The notes below the pieces were generated by a model. That model was given only the letters and a program-made list of their open reading frames with translations, was not told where the DNA came from and made no database searches. Of a DNA stretch of 59,223 nt, positions 48,145-59,223 are shown piece by piece. The translations under genes and the position numbers were made by a program. The DNA comes from Saprolegnia diclina VS20 (Eukaryota): contig NW_008246075.1 of assembly GCF_000281045.1 (NCBI RefSeq), positions 305,476 to 364,698 of the forward strand, read 5' to 3'. Positions within the stretch are counted from its first letter, which is position 1; the number at the start of each line of letters is the position of its first letter.

Positions 48145-50953
48145 ATGGAGCGTGGGAGCAAAGGACCGTCGTTCGCTGTCATTGTGGTGCACCTCGTCGG
48201 CAACCTTATCGCAGGCTGCCTCGTTCTTCTCTCGCTTGTGACGCTCGTGGCGCTTCTGAGCCAAGGTACCTCTTCGAGTCGCATAGGAGGGTGGCACGAC
48301 CTCGCGCGTTTAGGGATGGCCTACCGCATGGTGGTGGCCCAAAATTACCAAGGTACTTTTCACGACAACGAGTTGGCTTGATGGACAATCATGTCATTAG
48401 ATGCGAGCATGGACTGGGCGCCGCTTGGCAACTCGTGCGTCCTGACGCAGCACGGATTTGTCGCCGACTCGTGCAGCACCAATGAAACCAATGTGACGAC
48501 GCTGGCAGCATGGACCGCCATTGGCCGGTACACGTCTCTCGTTCCTGATCCACGTTGACGCAGGCTTCGTCTCGCAGCGTGCTCGCACAGCAGTGGGCAC
48601 TGCCCGACGCGGACGCTTGGTCGGTCACAACGTGCATGGTCGGGTCCAAAGACGTCGGGTACTTTGGCGTCACGTTCCTAGCCGGGTACGCTGCAATGTC
48701 GTTTGTCACTGCGTCCGACAGTATGGCAGATACGCTGAGGACCCAACACCCGAGTGCCTTCCGACGGGCGCCCAGGCGATTGCTGCCATGGCCTCGCTCG
48801 AGACCATGGTGAAGTGACTTGGCACGTCGAAGTGCTCACGATAGGCGGTGTAGGCCACCACTACGTACCCGAGTGGCGCGTACTTGGTTACGACCATCGC
48901 AGACTCGGAGATGATGGCGGTCGACGCGCACCTCAATTCGGACGGTACGGTCCCGTCTTGTCGCCGTCCAGAGCGATGCCAGACCACAGCACGTAGGCAC
49001 AACGAGCAGAGTGTTTATGAATGCAACCAAGGCAATCGTGACGGTGACTGGCGACATGGCGCCCGTCGTCCAAGGTCGTATTTTCTGGCATATGTTCTTA
49101 TTGTAGATCGACGGTTGTAGCAACCAATTGGCGCATTCAAGCCATGCCTCTGGGACCTCGGTATGCCGTCGAGGTAGCCCCATCGCAAGGGGCCTCGTCA
49201 GTCACTGCGTCTCTAGACGTACTGCCAGTCGCTGTTTCTGGATTTGACGCCAGATCTGGACGCGCTCGCGGGTTACAGCGCTGGGAAACAGTCCCAGGCA
49301 CCTGTACACGAGGGTACCTTGTGATGTGCTTCATAGCAGTGTGTGCGTAGATTGTGAATACGTGGAATTGTGGCAACCACGTGAGCAACGCCAACGAGAT
49401 TGCAGTTGCGCAGGTTCCTCATGCGACCGTTGCACTTGATGCCAGCGTACGTAGGTGGTGTTTGCCTGCATTGCGCTTTTGCTTCTCCATGGCGATGCGT
49501 ACATAACGATCGAAGGCTTCTCTGGTCTTCTCCGGCGCAAGGTAGAGTAGCTCCTCGATCGTTCATTTCATTTTCTTTGTCTAGCCCATCTTGACCTATG
49601 ATGTGCTGTCGGGCATGGAGCAGCGGCTGCTCCTCGTCGCATCGATGGTACTCAGCGCACTGCCTTCGCTCTTGTACGCGGACGTTGCCCGCATTTATGC
49701 TGGCACGACGACCGGCGCTCAAATTTGGGTCCTCTCGCTCGCTCTGCGTACGTCGTTTGTAGACAAAGCTACCGTGTTGATCCCAGTACGTAGTCGGCGT
49801 CTTGGTCGCCTTTGGCGTCGTGCTGCTGGTTGGCAGCCTCCAGCGACTCCCGTTGCCATTCACCCCGACACGCGTGCTGCCGTACTCGGCCCGCATCTTT
49901 CTGTCGCTGACCATCTTTGGCATCGTCGGTGCTTGTTATCCCCTGTACAACCCTCTCTCCCGATGCACGCCTCTTGAAGGAACTACGCACTAGGCAAGAC
50001 GAATGCTACAACGATTTTTACAGCACTCCACCGGCGCTCTTGGGGCTATCTATCAACGGAATCGAGCTTCCAGCCGGCGCGTACGACCCCAATGTGCCCG
50101 TGACCTCTGGTGTGTCACTAGATGTGTTTGTGAGGGCTTGCCAAAATCATATTTCCTTAGTGCTGACGCTGCTGGTGTCGACGCTTGGTATGGTCACGGC
50201 CGCCGCGTTGGCCACCGCGGTGCTCATGAGTATGCTTTCGTATCGCTGTCTATTTGTGCAAACATCGTGGTCCGTGAAGGCATTCCTTTTGCGATAGTTT
50301 ATCATATACAATGGATCTTAGGTGTGCGACGAATGCCTTTTTGCAAGCGATGCACGAGCCGCGCTGGCTCACAAGCGTCCCGCTCCACCAATCATCCGCG
50401 ATTCGCTTTGGCAACAAAATGTATCTCGAGTGTCTGCACTATGTTGGACAAGTTGTCCTCATATACATATACGTGTAGGTTTTGCAAACCGAGCACGATG
50501 GCGATGCTAGGGTACATATTCATCACGCCCTTCACGGACGACGTGGTCAGCGGCAAGGTCGTTCGGACGGTCTTGCGACGCGGCGTCGTCACGTGTACTG
50601 GGAATCGTAGGGCTCGCTTGTCTTCCCATCCAAGCTCCGGCAAAGCCGACGGGTCTTGACGTCGCAGAAGTCCCGCGTTGATAGCGCCGCCGCCAAGTAC
50701 GCGAGCCACGCCGACGTGCCCGTCGTGCGCTACGTCGTGAGTATCTACGCGCTCGTGCTGGCGACTGCCCTGCGCTGCATCGCCTGCGGCTACCGGTACT
50801 CATCCGTCAACGATGTCAGAGGCCATGACGTGGCAGCGCAGGTGTCACGTGTACGGTACCGTCACCAAGGACGGCAGCTTCACCAAGCTCGAGCAAGTTC
50901 GCCTCGATGAAACGCAGCGCTTCATGCACAGCCGAGGCGTGTGCGTCAACTAG
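48145..50953 (+). CDS. Multi-pass transmembrane protein of an oomycete-type uncharacterised family, many introns
   Basis: Splices MERGSKG...LLSQG|MAYR...YQ|DASMDWAPLGNSCVL...; several hydrophobic helices; C-terminus WCATNAFL...FCKPSTMAMLGY...YVVSIYAL...HVYGTV...FMHSRGVCVN* (stop 50951-50953). Confidence 0.7.
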
Positions 50954-51276
50954 TTGCGCTTTGACTGTAGTTGACGGAGCCATGACGCACACGGACGAGG
51001 AAGTAGAGCATTGGCATTTATACACGGAGAACCGAGACGTCATGACTCTTTGACCAGGCTATGACCGCACGCGTCGTATGCTAAGCGTAGATTGGACCTC
51101 AATTTGACGTGCACCTCGGCCTCGCAGAGAGGACAGTGGCGCTGACCGTAGTGACGAGGATGCACGAGCAACCGCGTTGCTTTGCCTGTGTATTGCTGGT
51201 TGCGCAAACCCATCGTACAAGCAAGTCTACCCTTTCATTCGTTCCCTGTGTGAAGGCTATCGTCCCAACACATAAG

Positions 51277-53280
51277 CTACTGGCGCTTGGTCAACACCAT
51301 GGCGGTGATGGCTACGACACCGAGCACGGACGCGGCGACTGCGAGCGTCGTCGGTGTCGTCCAGGTCGTCGACGCCTCGGGCTTCTTGACACCTGGTAGA
51401 TCGCGCGTCTTGACTGCCGGCGTTGTCGTCGTCGGCTTGGCTGTCGACGGCTTGGTGTTGGCCGTGGCGTTCTGCTCGAGAAGGAAGCCGCCCCACTTTT
51501 CCTTTTCCTTTTCTTTGGCCTCGGCGACGCGCTTGGCGACGCTTTCGAGAAGCGACCGACACGCCTTGTCCTTGGGCATGAGCTTGACGGCGATCAGGAG
51601 GTCCTGCTTAGCCTCGACGTCGTTGCCCATGGCGACGAGCGCCGTCGCACGCCGGAAGAGCGCCTTCGACGGCCACTCTTGAAAGATGAGCGCTTCCGTC
51701 ATGCCGATGCGGCCCATCCACTCGGCGACCTTGCCGTGGCGGTTGTCCGAGAGTACCTGGAGGATCGAGAGCGCGTTCGTGCAGGCCGTCCACGCGTCAT
51801 TGTAGTCGCCGAGCTTGAGCTTGCACGCGCCGAGGTTCAGGTGGCAGCGGATCATGGTCTGGAGCACAGTCGCCTTCTCCTTGTGGCTCGCGCTGTCCTG
51901 GTCGACGTGGTTGAGGTAGCTCAAGCTCTCGAGGTACTTTTCAATCGCAGCCACCAAGTCGGCGGCCTTGAAATGGTCGTTGCCCGCTGCCGAGGCGGCG
52001 ACCGACGCCGCAATACGCTCCGTGTTGGTCATTGTCTTGGCCGTGAGCGCTTCGACGGTCACGTCCTTCTCTTGTAGAAACAAGGTGCCATAGTCGGTCT
52101 TGACAACGACGACCTTGTCGGCCGGGCGGGTGCTGACGACGACGCCTTTGCCGTACGGCGTCGTGACGGCTACGTCCTTGCGGAAGCGCGACGGCGGCGG
52201 CGCCTCCCACACCGAGTCGGTGCGCAAGTACGCGGTCGTTGTGCGCTTTGTCATGCCCGGCGACGCTTCCATGAGCACCACGTACATCTTGGTCGCTTCG
52301 CGGAACGTCACGATCGTCCCGTTGCCAAACGGCGTCGAGACCTTGGCGCCGTCTGCAATCGGCGTCCGGGCGACCGCGGCCGGGTGGTATGTTTCGGCCG
52401 AAAACTTGTGGCCAGGAATGTACACCGTCGAGGCGGCCGCCGCCGTGCCGTACGCCGCCGGGTGGCGCGTCTCGGCCTGGAGGAGCGCCGCCGTCGCCGC
52501 GTACACCTCTGCGTCGGCGTCCAACCGCGCTTTGGCGTCGGCCAGAGCGTGCACCGACGTCTGCAGTCGCGCCACGACGTCGTACTCGAAGCGCATGGCG
52601 ACTTGCACCTAGCAAAAACATGGTATAAGAGCCGGCTACAGCAATGGTAGGCGTACTTGGCCGTAGCTGATGTTCGTGATGTGACCGGGCGGGCCCTCGA
52701 GCGGCAGCGACACGATGTGCGTCTTTTGGTCGGCAAGCATTGCGTCCGTGATGGTGAGCTTGCACGTGCCGACGAAGACGTCGGCCACAAGCGGCGACGG
52801 GTGGTGCAGTGTGAGCGTGACCGACGCGGCCTTGGTCTTGACGCCAGTGAACGTGATGGTCGTTTGGTCTGCCTTGAACCACGTGGCCCGGCGCGCCCGC
52901 GGGTTGAGCCGGATCGTCGACGTCTTCGCAGCGCGGATGTTGGTCTTGGCCTTCTCAATGCTAGCGGCCGCGATGGCGAGCGAGCCAACAACTGTCGTGT
53001 CGTCCGAGAGGTCAAGGATACCATCGAGGTGCAGGTCCTCGGCGTTGAGCACCGTGATGGACAAGGCGCCGGCCACCTTGCCGTCGACGACGTCGATGCC
53101 CTGGGCGTTGCTCGTCACGGAGGCTTGGGCAGCAGAGAGCCGCTGCGTTTCCGCCTCCAGCTGCATCTGGAGCTCGTCCGTCGGCGAGAGATGCGGGACC
53201 TTTTCCCAGCACGCGGAGCTCGTCATTGCCATCCCGTCGTCTTCCGAAAGCCAACGTCGAAAATGATGCTGGCCGGCCAT
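51277..53280 (-). CDS. C2-like domain + two SH3-like TP[FY]G repeats + TPR domain + C-terminal TM anchor; two exons
   Basis: ALSITVLNAEDL...ATW...FVGTCKL (C2-like); VSTPFGNGTIV and VTTPYGKGVVV; TPR GNDHFK...NLGACKLK...KALFRRATA; tail TLAVAASVLGVVAITAMVLTKRQ*. The start may instead be 53232. Confidence 0.8.
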
Positions 53281-54786
53281 TGGCCCGCGTCCCGATGCAC
53301 GTGATATAGTGTATGTATAACTCTATTTCCGTTGCCACTGTCGCTGCTGGCAAGGGCGACGCCTGGTGCTGCTTCCGACGAGTTATATGCAACGGGGACA
53401 TGCAGGGCGGAGATGATCGACTATATAGGAGGATGCAAGCTGATAGTCAAGGTACTCGCCCTCGACGGCGCTGATCCGCAGTCGTGGGCCGGAGGAAGAA
53501 AGAAATGACGGAGGAGGATGTGCAAAAGCCGTGGCGTCTGCGCCTCCGCCACCTCCTGCCCTTCGACGTCGATAGCAAACATACTAACTACCAATGCTAA
53601 CGACAGCTCGGTCCTATAGCATGCCCAGTTACTTCGTTGCTAGTGTAGTACTCCTGGCTCCTCCTGCCAGACGATCGCTTGACGAGGTTTAGGGTTTGCG
53701 ACGCCCGCCATCGGTTTCGCGGGCGCCACCGTCGTGATCTCCGCCGCCAAGAACCCATGCCCTTTGGTAGACAGGACCGAGCTTGGTCCAGCCAGGGCGT
53801 ATGTCGTCCTTGGTCGTGCTTCTGCAACGCTGTATTTTGTCGTCGACGCGCCTTCGATCGTAGCGACGCATTGTCTTGGGCGCCATGTTGATTTGGGCAC
53901 TGCGTTCGAAGCGACACGTCTCTAACGGCCTTGGCACGACGCGCCCTAGTATACAGGGCACGACGTGGCCGGATCAGGTCGCTCGAGTAGAGAGCCAACG
54001 GTCGAGGGCAAGGCTACTCCGTCTGCCGACAACTCGACATCCGGCGTGCTTCTTGGTTTCGCGACTTGTGGAACAGGAGGATCTCACCATTTGTCTCGAT
54101 GACGAGCTGGCTACGGCGGCCGCGTGTTGCAGTGATGGCGTCTGTAATTGCGTTCGCAGAGTTGTTCTTGGAAAAAGAGTGGCACGAACGCCCTTGGTCG
54201 TACCATCGTTGTGCGTGGCGCCTGCAGAGATGATGCCCAGCAACCTCCGTTTCGCACTTGCTGCATCCTTCGACAGCGGCCTTGCTCAGACTCAGCGCGC
54301 ACCATTCGCACCGACAACTCATGCCCATGGACGATCCAAGCAAGAGAGAAGCAGCGTTCTCTGTAAGCGGCCACAGCTGCGCCCGCAGAAGGTAACGGGG
54401 ATTGCAATGCGCCGGGCGCCTCCTTTTTCTGCTACTCGACGTAGGAAGCGTGCTACTGTGGCCACTGCGAGCGCTGCCCAGAGCCGGCGCACGCGATCTT
54501 TCGACCCAGCGCGATCAGTGATTGGCTTGCCCTTTCTGCAAACGAGCCAATCAGATGCGGCGCCCATCGGTTTCGAGGCGTCGCTACAAACAGCAAGATG
54601 TGGGCACGCGCAATTGTTCCATGGGGCGGACTCGATATCCGTTCTCGCAGGTTTCGTACCCCTTAGGAAGACAGGGCTTCTTTGATATGCATATACGGAC
54701 TCTAGGAAGATTCATTCCTAGAGGTTTTCACCGGTGCACCTGCCACGATCATTCTCGCATTCGCCTCGCGCCCCGCAGGTTGACAC

Positions 54787-57219
54787 ATGCCCACGGACGA
54801 GATGCTTCCTTTCGACATGTCGCTCCTCGACCTGCAGCCGCCGAGCAAGCAGCAGCAGCAGACTGAGCCCGAGTTCAGCAAGAACTACGCGATCGGGTCG
54901 CGCATCCAGCGCTCGATGAGCGCGCCGCCGGTCGCCGAGCATGTAGGTCCATTGCGCTCGACGCAACGAGAAGCTTAGCTGCTTGCTTAGGTGGGCCGCC
55001 TGCCGCCGCCCATGTACGCGCAGAGCGAGTACGATGACAACCAGACGGTAGGCCGAGCGCCGGGCGACCCGCCGCTAACCACCACGTAGGAAGCTGAGTT
55101 GCACCCCGAGTACTACTACTATTACGCGCCCAAGTCGCACAACCCACGCCTGCCCATGTCGTACAATGCGTGGGAGTCGATGCACAAGCAGTACCATACG
55201 CGCCACCACCACTCGAGCTCGTTGCACCGCGTGCAGATTCCCGAGCACTTTGATGCGCCACCGACGTACAGCAAGAGCATGGCCCCGAAAGCGTCGCAGG
55301 AGGACTTTGAAGCCGCGGTCGCGGCCGCCGGGGGCCACACGTACCAAAAGTCCGAGCCGTTCTGCTCGTCCCCGACCGACTCGAGTCACGGCGGGTCGTC
55401 CGTGCGGCCGGTCAACAAGACGCTAATCGATCGCATCCAAGAAGACTTTCCGCGGACGCCGTCGCCCGTTTTTGGCTATGGCATGACGTCTGAGATGGAA
55501 GAGGAGCTCCACCGCGCCGGCCGATACAGCGACCACCACAACAACAACCAGCAGCAACATCCTCACGAGCTCCCGTCCGACTTTTTGCACAGCATGAAGC
55601 GGTTTCCAGCAAGCCGCGAGAAGCAGCTGCCGCGCATCAACATAGTGAGCCCGCAGTACTACCCGATGATGTACGCGGGTCCGCCACCCGGTATGCACTA
55701 CGGTGTGCCGCCGAGCCATCCCGGCCTGGTGCACCACCCCATGTACGAGCGTGTGCCCCGGGGCATGTACCCGTCCGGCTACGAGCCCGAGTACAACATG
55801 TACCGCGAGTCCGAGATGTGCGGCGATCGCGCCCAGTATCCCGACATTCGCCACCTCAAGGCAACGTCGCAACACGAGTTTCCGTCGTCGCGCGGGTCCC
55901 CGCCGGGGTACAGCCGGACGCGCACCTTGTCGTCGGACGCCAAGAGCTTTATCTCGTCGTCGTCCTCCAGCCGCCACCAGACGCAGCAGTCGCAACAGCA
56001 CAACAACGAGGCCAAGGAGACGATGACCAAGCCGCGCATGGCGTTGAACCCCAAGGAAGCGTGCTTTGAGCCGCGCGCGGCGCAGCCCGTGCCATCAACT
56101 TCATCCTCGTCGTCGTCGGTCGAGAAGACGCGATCAACGGACAAGACCAAGGTGGTGCCGACGAGCTTGCTTCTCAACGAGTTTCGCAACACCAACAAGC
56201 ACAAAAAGTGGGAGCTCCTGGACGCGCGCGGGCACATGGTCGAATTTGCCAAGGACCAGCACGGCTCGCGCTTCATCCAGCAGAAGCTCGAGACCGCCAA
56301 GGCCGACATCAAGGACATTGTGTTTGCCGAGATCTACCCGGTCGCGCTCACGCTCATGACGGACGTCTTTGGCAACTACGTGATCCAAAAATTCTTTGAC
56401 TTTGGCACGCCGCACCACGTCTCGCTCTTGCTGCGGACGATTGCCGGGCGCGTGCTCGAGCTCGCGCTTCAAATGTACGGCTGCCGCGTCATCCAGAAGG
56501 CGCTCGAGCTCAAAAACATGCCCGAGAAGCTCCACTTGATCGGCGAGCTCACGGGCCATGTACTCAAGTGCGTCAAGGACCAGAACGGCAACCACGTCGT
56601 GCAAAAATGCATCGAGATCTTACCGTGGACGACGCCGCGGGCGCTGGACGTCGGTGGCTTCATCCTCTCGGCCTTCCTCGGCAATGTCTACTCGCTCGCG
56701 ACGCACCCCTATGGCTGCCGCGTCATCCAGCGCGTCCTCGAGCACTGCACGGAGGCGCAAATGGCGCCGATCCTCAAGGAGATCCACGACTGCTGCTGCC
56801 TCCTCGTCGAAGACCAGTACGGCAACTACGTCATCCAACACGTCCTCGAGCATGGTCAACCGGCCGAGCGGTCGCACGTCATCAACAAGGTGTACCCGGA
56901 CATTGTGCGCTTCAGCTACCACAAGTTTGCGAGCAACGTGATTGAGAAATGCCTCATGTACGCGAGCGTCCACCAGCTGCACGTGATCGTCGCGCATGTG
57001 ATGGAGGCCAACGACCGCGGCGAGTGCCCGCTGCAGGTCATGATGAAGGACCAGTACGCCAACTACGTCGTGCAAAAGCTCATCGACGTCGCCGACGCCG
57101 AGGAGCGCGAGCGCATGGTGGTCATCATCAAGACACAGGCAAGCCACCTCAAGCGCTTCAACTTTGGCAAGCACATCCTCAACCGCCTCGAGAAGCTCAC
57201 GGGCCAAAAGATTGCGTAA
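54787..57219 (+). CDS. Pumilio/PUF RNA-binding protein with eight Puf repeats
   Basis: DQHGSRFIQQKLE, DVFGNYVIQKFF, QMYGCRVIQKALE, DQNGNHVVQKCIE, HPYGCRVIQRVLE, DQYGNYVIQHVLE, HKFASNVIEKCL, DQYANYVVQKLID; two short 5' exons. Confidence 0.96.
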
Positions 57220-57315
57220 GCCCCGTGTTCGTACTATCTAACTATCAATCCTGCACGCGCCAATGGGAGCGCGTTTACACTTGACACTTCAATTTTTTCT
57301 TGATTTTTGTCGCCT

Positions 57316-58157
57316 TTACGCGGCCGGCTTTGTCTTTTCGCGCATGCGCCGGTAGATGGTTTCGACTTGGTCCATGCCCGTGACGCAAAGCCCGAGGTCG
57401 CGAATGATGCCGTCTTTCAGTCTATCAAGTTGATATTAGACACGACTGCGATAGTTGAGCAAAGGGAATGCGCACCGATAACACCAGCCGTGGACGCTCA
57501 CCGGCTGCCCGGCTTCCCATGCGTTCTGCACGATACGCGTGTGGCACACGTTGTAGACGCCCCGCGCGATGTTCTCTTCGACGAGGAGCTCCGACTTGGT
57601 GGCCTCGTCGCAGTCTAGCAAAATCTGAGCTCTTAGCGCACTGTGGCGCAGGCAGTACCGAGGAATTTTCGAGCGTTGTCAATGTACAAGTCCTTGATGC
57701 TGCGAAGCCAGTTGTCGACGATGCCAAACTCTTTTTGGGACAGGGCGGCGTTGACACCACCGCAGCCATAATGGCCACCTGCAAGGTGTCATTTGAGATT
57801 GGAGATTCAGATTCAGACGCGAATGGGAACGTACACACGATGATGTGCTTGACCTTGAGGTACTTGACCGCATACTCGATCACCGATAAGCAGTTGAGGT
57901 CCGTCGAGACTAGACTCGACCATGAATATACTGTCGTGAGCCAGAGAGGACGTACTCACTTGGTTGGCAATGTTGCGGTGGACAAAGACCTCGCCGGGCG
58001 GTAAATTCAAGATCTCGTTGGCCGGCACGCGCGAGTCGGAGCAGCCGATCCAGAGAATCTCGGGCGTCTGCGTGTCGGCGAGCTTGGAAAAATAGCTGGG
58101 GTCGCGCGCCCGCATGTCGTCGGCCCAGAGCCGATTGCGCTCGAGGAGCTGCGCCAT
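57316..58157 (-). CDS. Beta-class carbonic anhydrase, copy 1, multi-exon
   Basis: LLERNRLWA...[22 protein letters not shown]...[44 protein letters not shown]. The start could lie further upstream because the Pro-rich frame stays open. Confidence 0.93.
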
Positions 58158-58794
58158 GCCTTCCTCGCCGGTCTCGACTTCGGTGCGTGGGCGTAAGTGG
58201 CGCGGACTGCGCGGCGCTGGTCGGGGCGAAGCGGCCACCGCGAACGACGGTGTTTCCGTCGGTGGCCGTGTCGGCGGCGAGAGCCAAATGGGGTCGGCGG
58301 ATATGGTAAAGTGCGGCGTTGGTGCAGGGGCCGACGGCGTCTGGTCCAACGAGGCGCGGATCGCGTTAACGCTTGGGTCGAGAGAGATGCGCGGGAGGTG
58401 CGGCGGTGAGCTCGCTATCGTGTCCGGTCCTGCGTCTCGTCCAGGCGACGAAACACAGAGTGGCGGCCCCGTACGTTGACCAACAACAGTGCAAGATGGC
58501 TGCCAAAATGGCGGTCGATGAAAATAGCTCTGAACCGCCAGCGAATCTATCCATAGCCTGAACGATTGTCGTCCAGTTTGCGCGCTAATCGACAGCGCTT
58601 TGGACGCATCCATCGCGGTAGCAGCGACGGCAGATGCTACGGCTCGAACCTCCCTCGGTGCATCTCTCCTACGAACCCTTCCTACCAAACTAGTTCATCT
58701 ACTAGTGTAGCTCGTATCGAGTGAGTCTATATGTCGCGATATCGAAATGCACTCCATCCTTGTTGCAGCTTATTTGTCCAGAGAATGTCGGCAG

Positions 58795-59223
58795 CTAGGT
58801 TTCGGGTTTGGTCTTGTTAAGGATGCGGCGGTAAATGGACTCGGCCTGGTCCATGCCCGTGACGCAGACGCCGAGGTCGCGGATGATGCCATCTTTAAGG
58901 CTACGCAAGCAGCGTAAGGACAGTGGTAGCAGCACCGAGTGTGTACCGGTAGCACCAGCCGTGGACGCTGAGCTGCTGGCCAGCCTCCCACGCGTTCTGC
59001 ACGATGCGCGTGTGGCAGACGTTGTAGACGCTGCGCGCGATGTTCTCCTCGATGAGAAGCTCCGATTTGGTGGCTTCGTCGCAGTCTAATTCGCTCACTT
59101 AGCCCAGTGGTTGAGCGTGCACTTGTTTCGTACCGAGGAACTTGCGGGCGTTCTCAATGTACAAGTCCTTGATGCTGCGAAGCCAGTTGTCGACGATGCC
59201 AAACTCTTTTTGGGACAAGGCGG
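58795..59223 (-). CDS. Beta-class carbonic anhydrase, copy 2 (3' part; runs off the right edge)
   Basis: [29 protein letters not shown]|...[21 protein letters not shown]...[21 protein letters not shown]...*; same intron positions as copy 1. Confidence 0.92.

Noticed and set aside
48379..48381. In-frame TGA early in the multi-TM gene (pseudogene or selenocysteine?)
   Set aside because: It lies inside a canonical gtactt...cattag intron; removing the intron restores the frame.
53300..54700. ORFs up to 269 aa upstream of Pumilio
   Set aside because: Low-information R/S/A-rich translations with alternative starts; more consistent with long promoter/UTR DNA (CCAAT boxes at ~54520-54553).

Overview
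Gene-dense eukaryotic window of roughly 60% GC, with many short (~40-60 nt) GT(A/G)CG...YAG introns and one assembly gap (44088-44492). Gene content (flagellar DRC3 and RPGRIP1L-like genes, an LRR receptor-like TKL kinase, oomycete-type multi-TM protein) points to an oomycete, most likely Saprolegniales; this is inference. About 30 protein-coding loci can be reconstructed. Minus strand: P4-ATPase (partial), ZNF593/Bud20, PP4R1, DUF6604-like, LRR-RLK, RBR E3 ligase, bacterial-type FadH, USP14, a hypothetical protein with an internal duplication, a 9-exon PhyH-family dioxygenase missed by the ORF track, PI4K-beta, a C2/TPR tail-anchored protein and two tandem beta-carbonic anhydrases. Plus strand: UBR7, a coiled-coil protein, PRELI, DDX49, HA-repeat protein, MscS, DRC3, tandem cytochrome-b5 MAPR, SnoaL-like, CCDC130, an RPL26 copy with an in-frame stop, RPGRIP1L-like, a multi-TM protein and Pumilio. 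The most notable unexplained signals are a strongly recurrent, usually paired palindrome ATCCGGAT in non-coding DNA upstream of several genes, a recurrent GCCACGTCA/TGACGTGG motif in promoters, an orphan 105-bp MCM7 fragment and candidate GC-AG introns. No CRISPR array, rRNA, intact tRNA or intact transposon was seen. All family calls come from motif recognition by eye; no database search was run. Exon boundaries are manual, and each CDS is given as its full genomic span.
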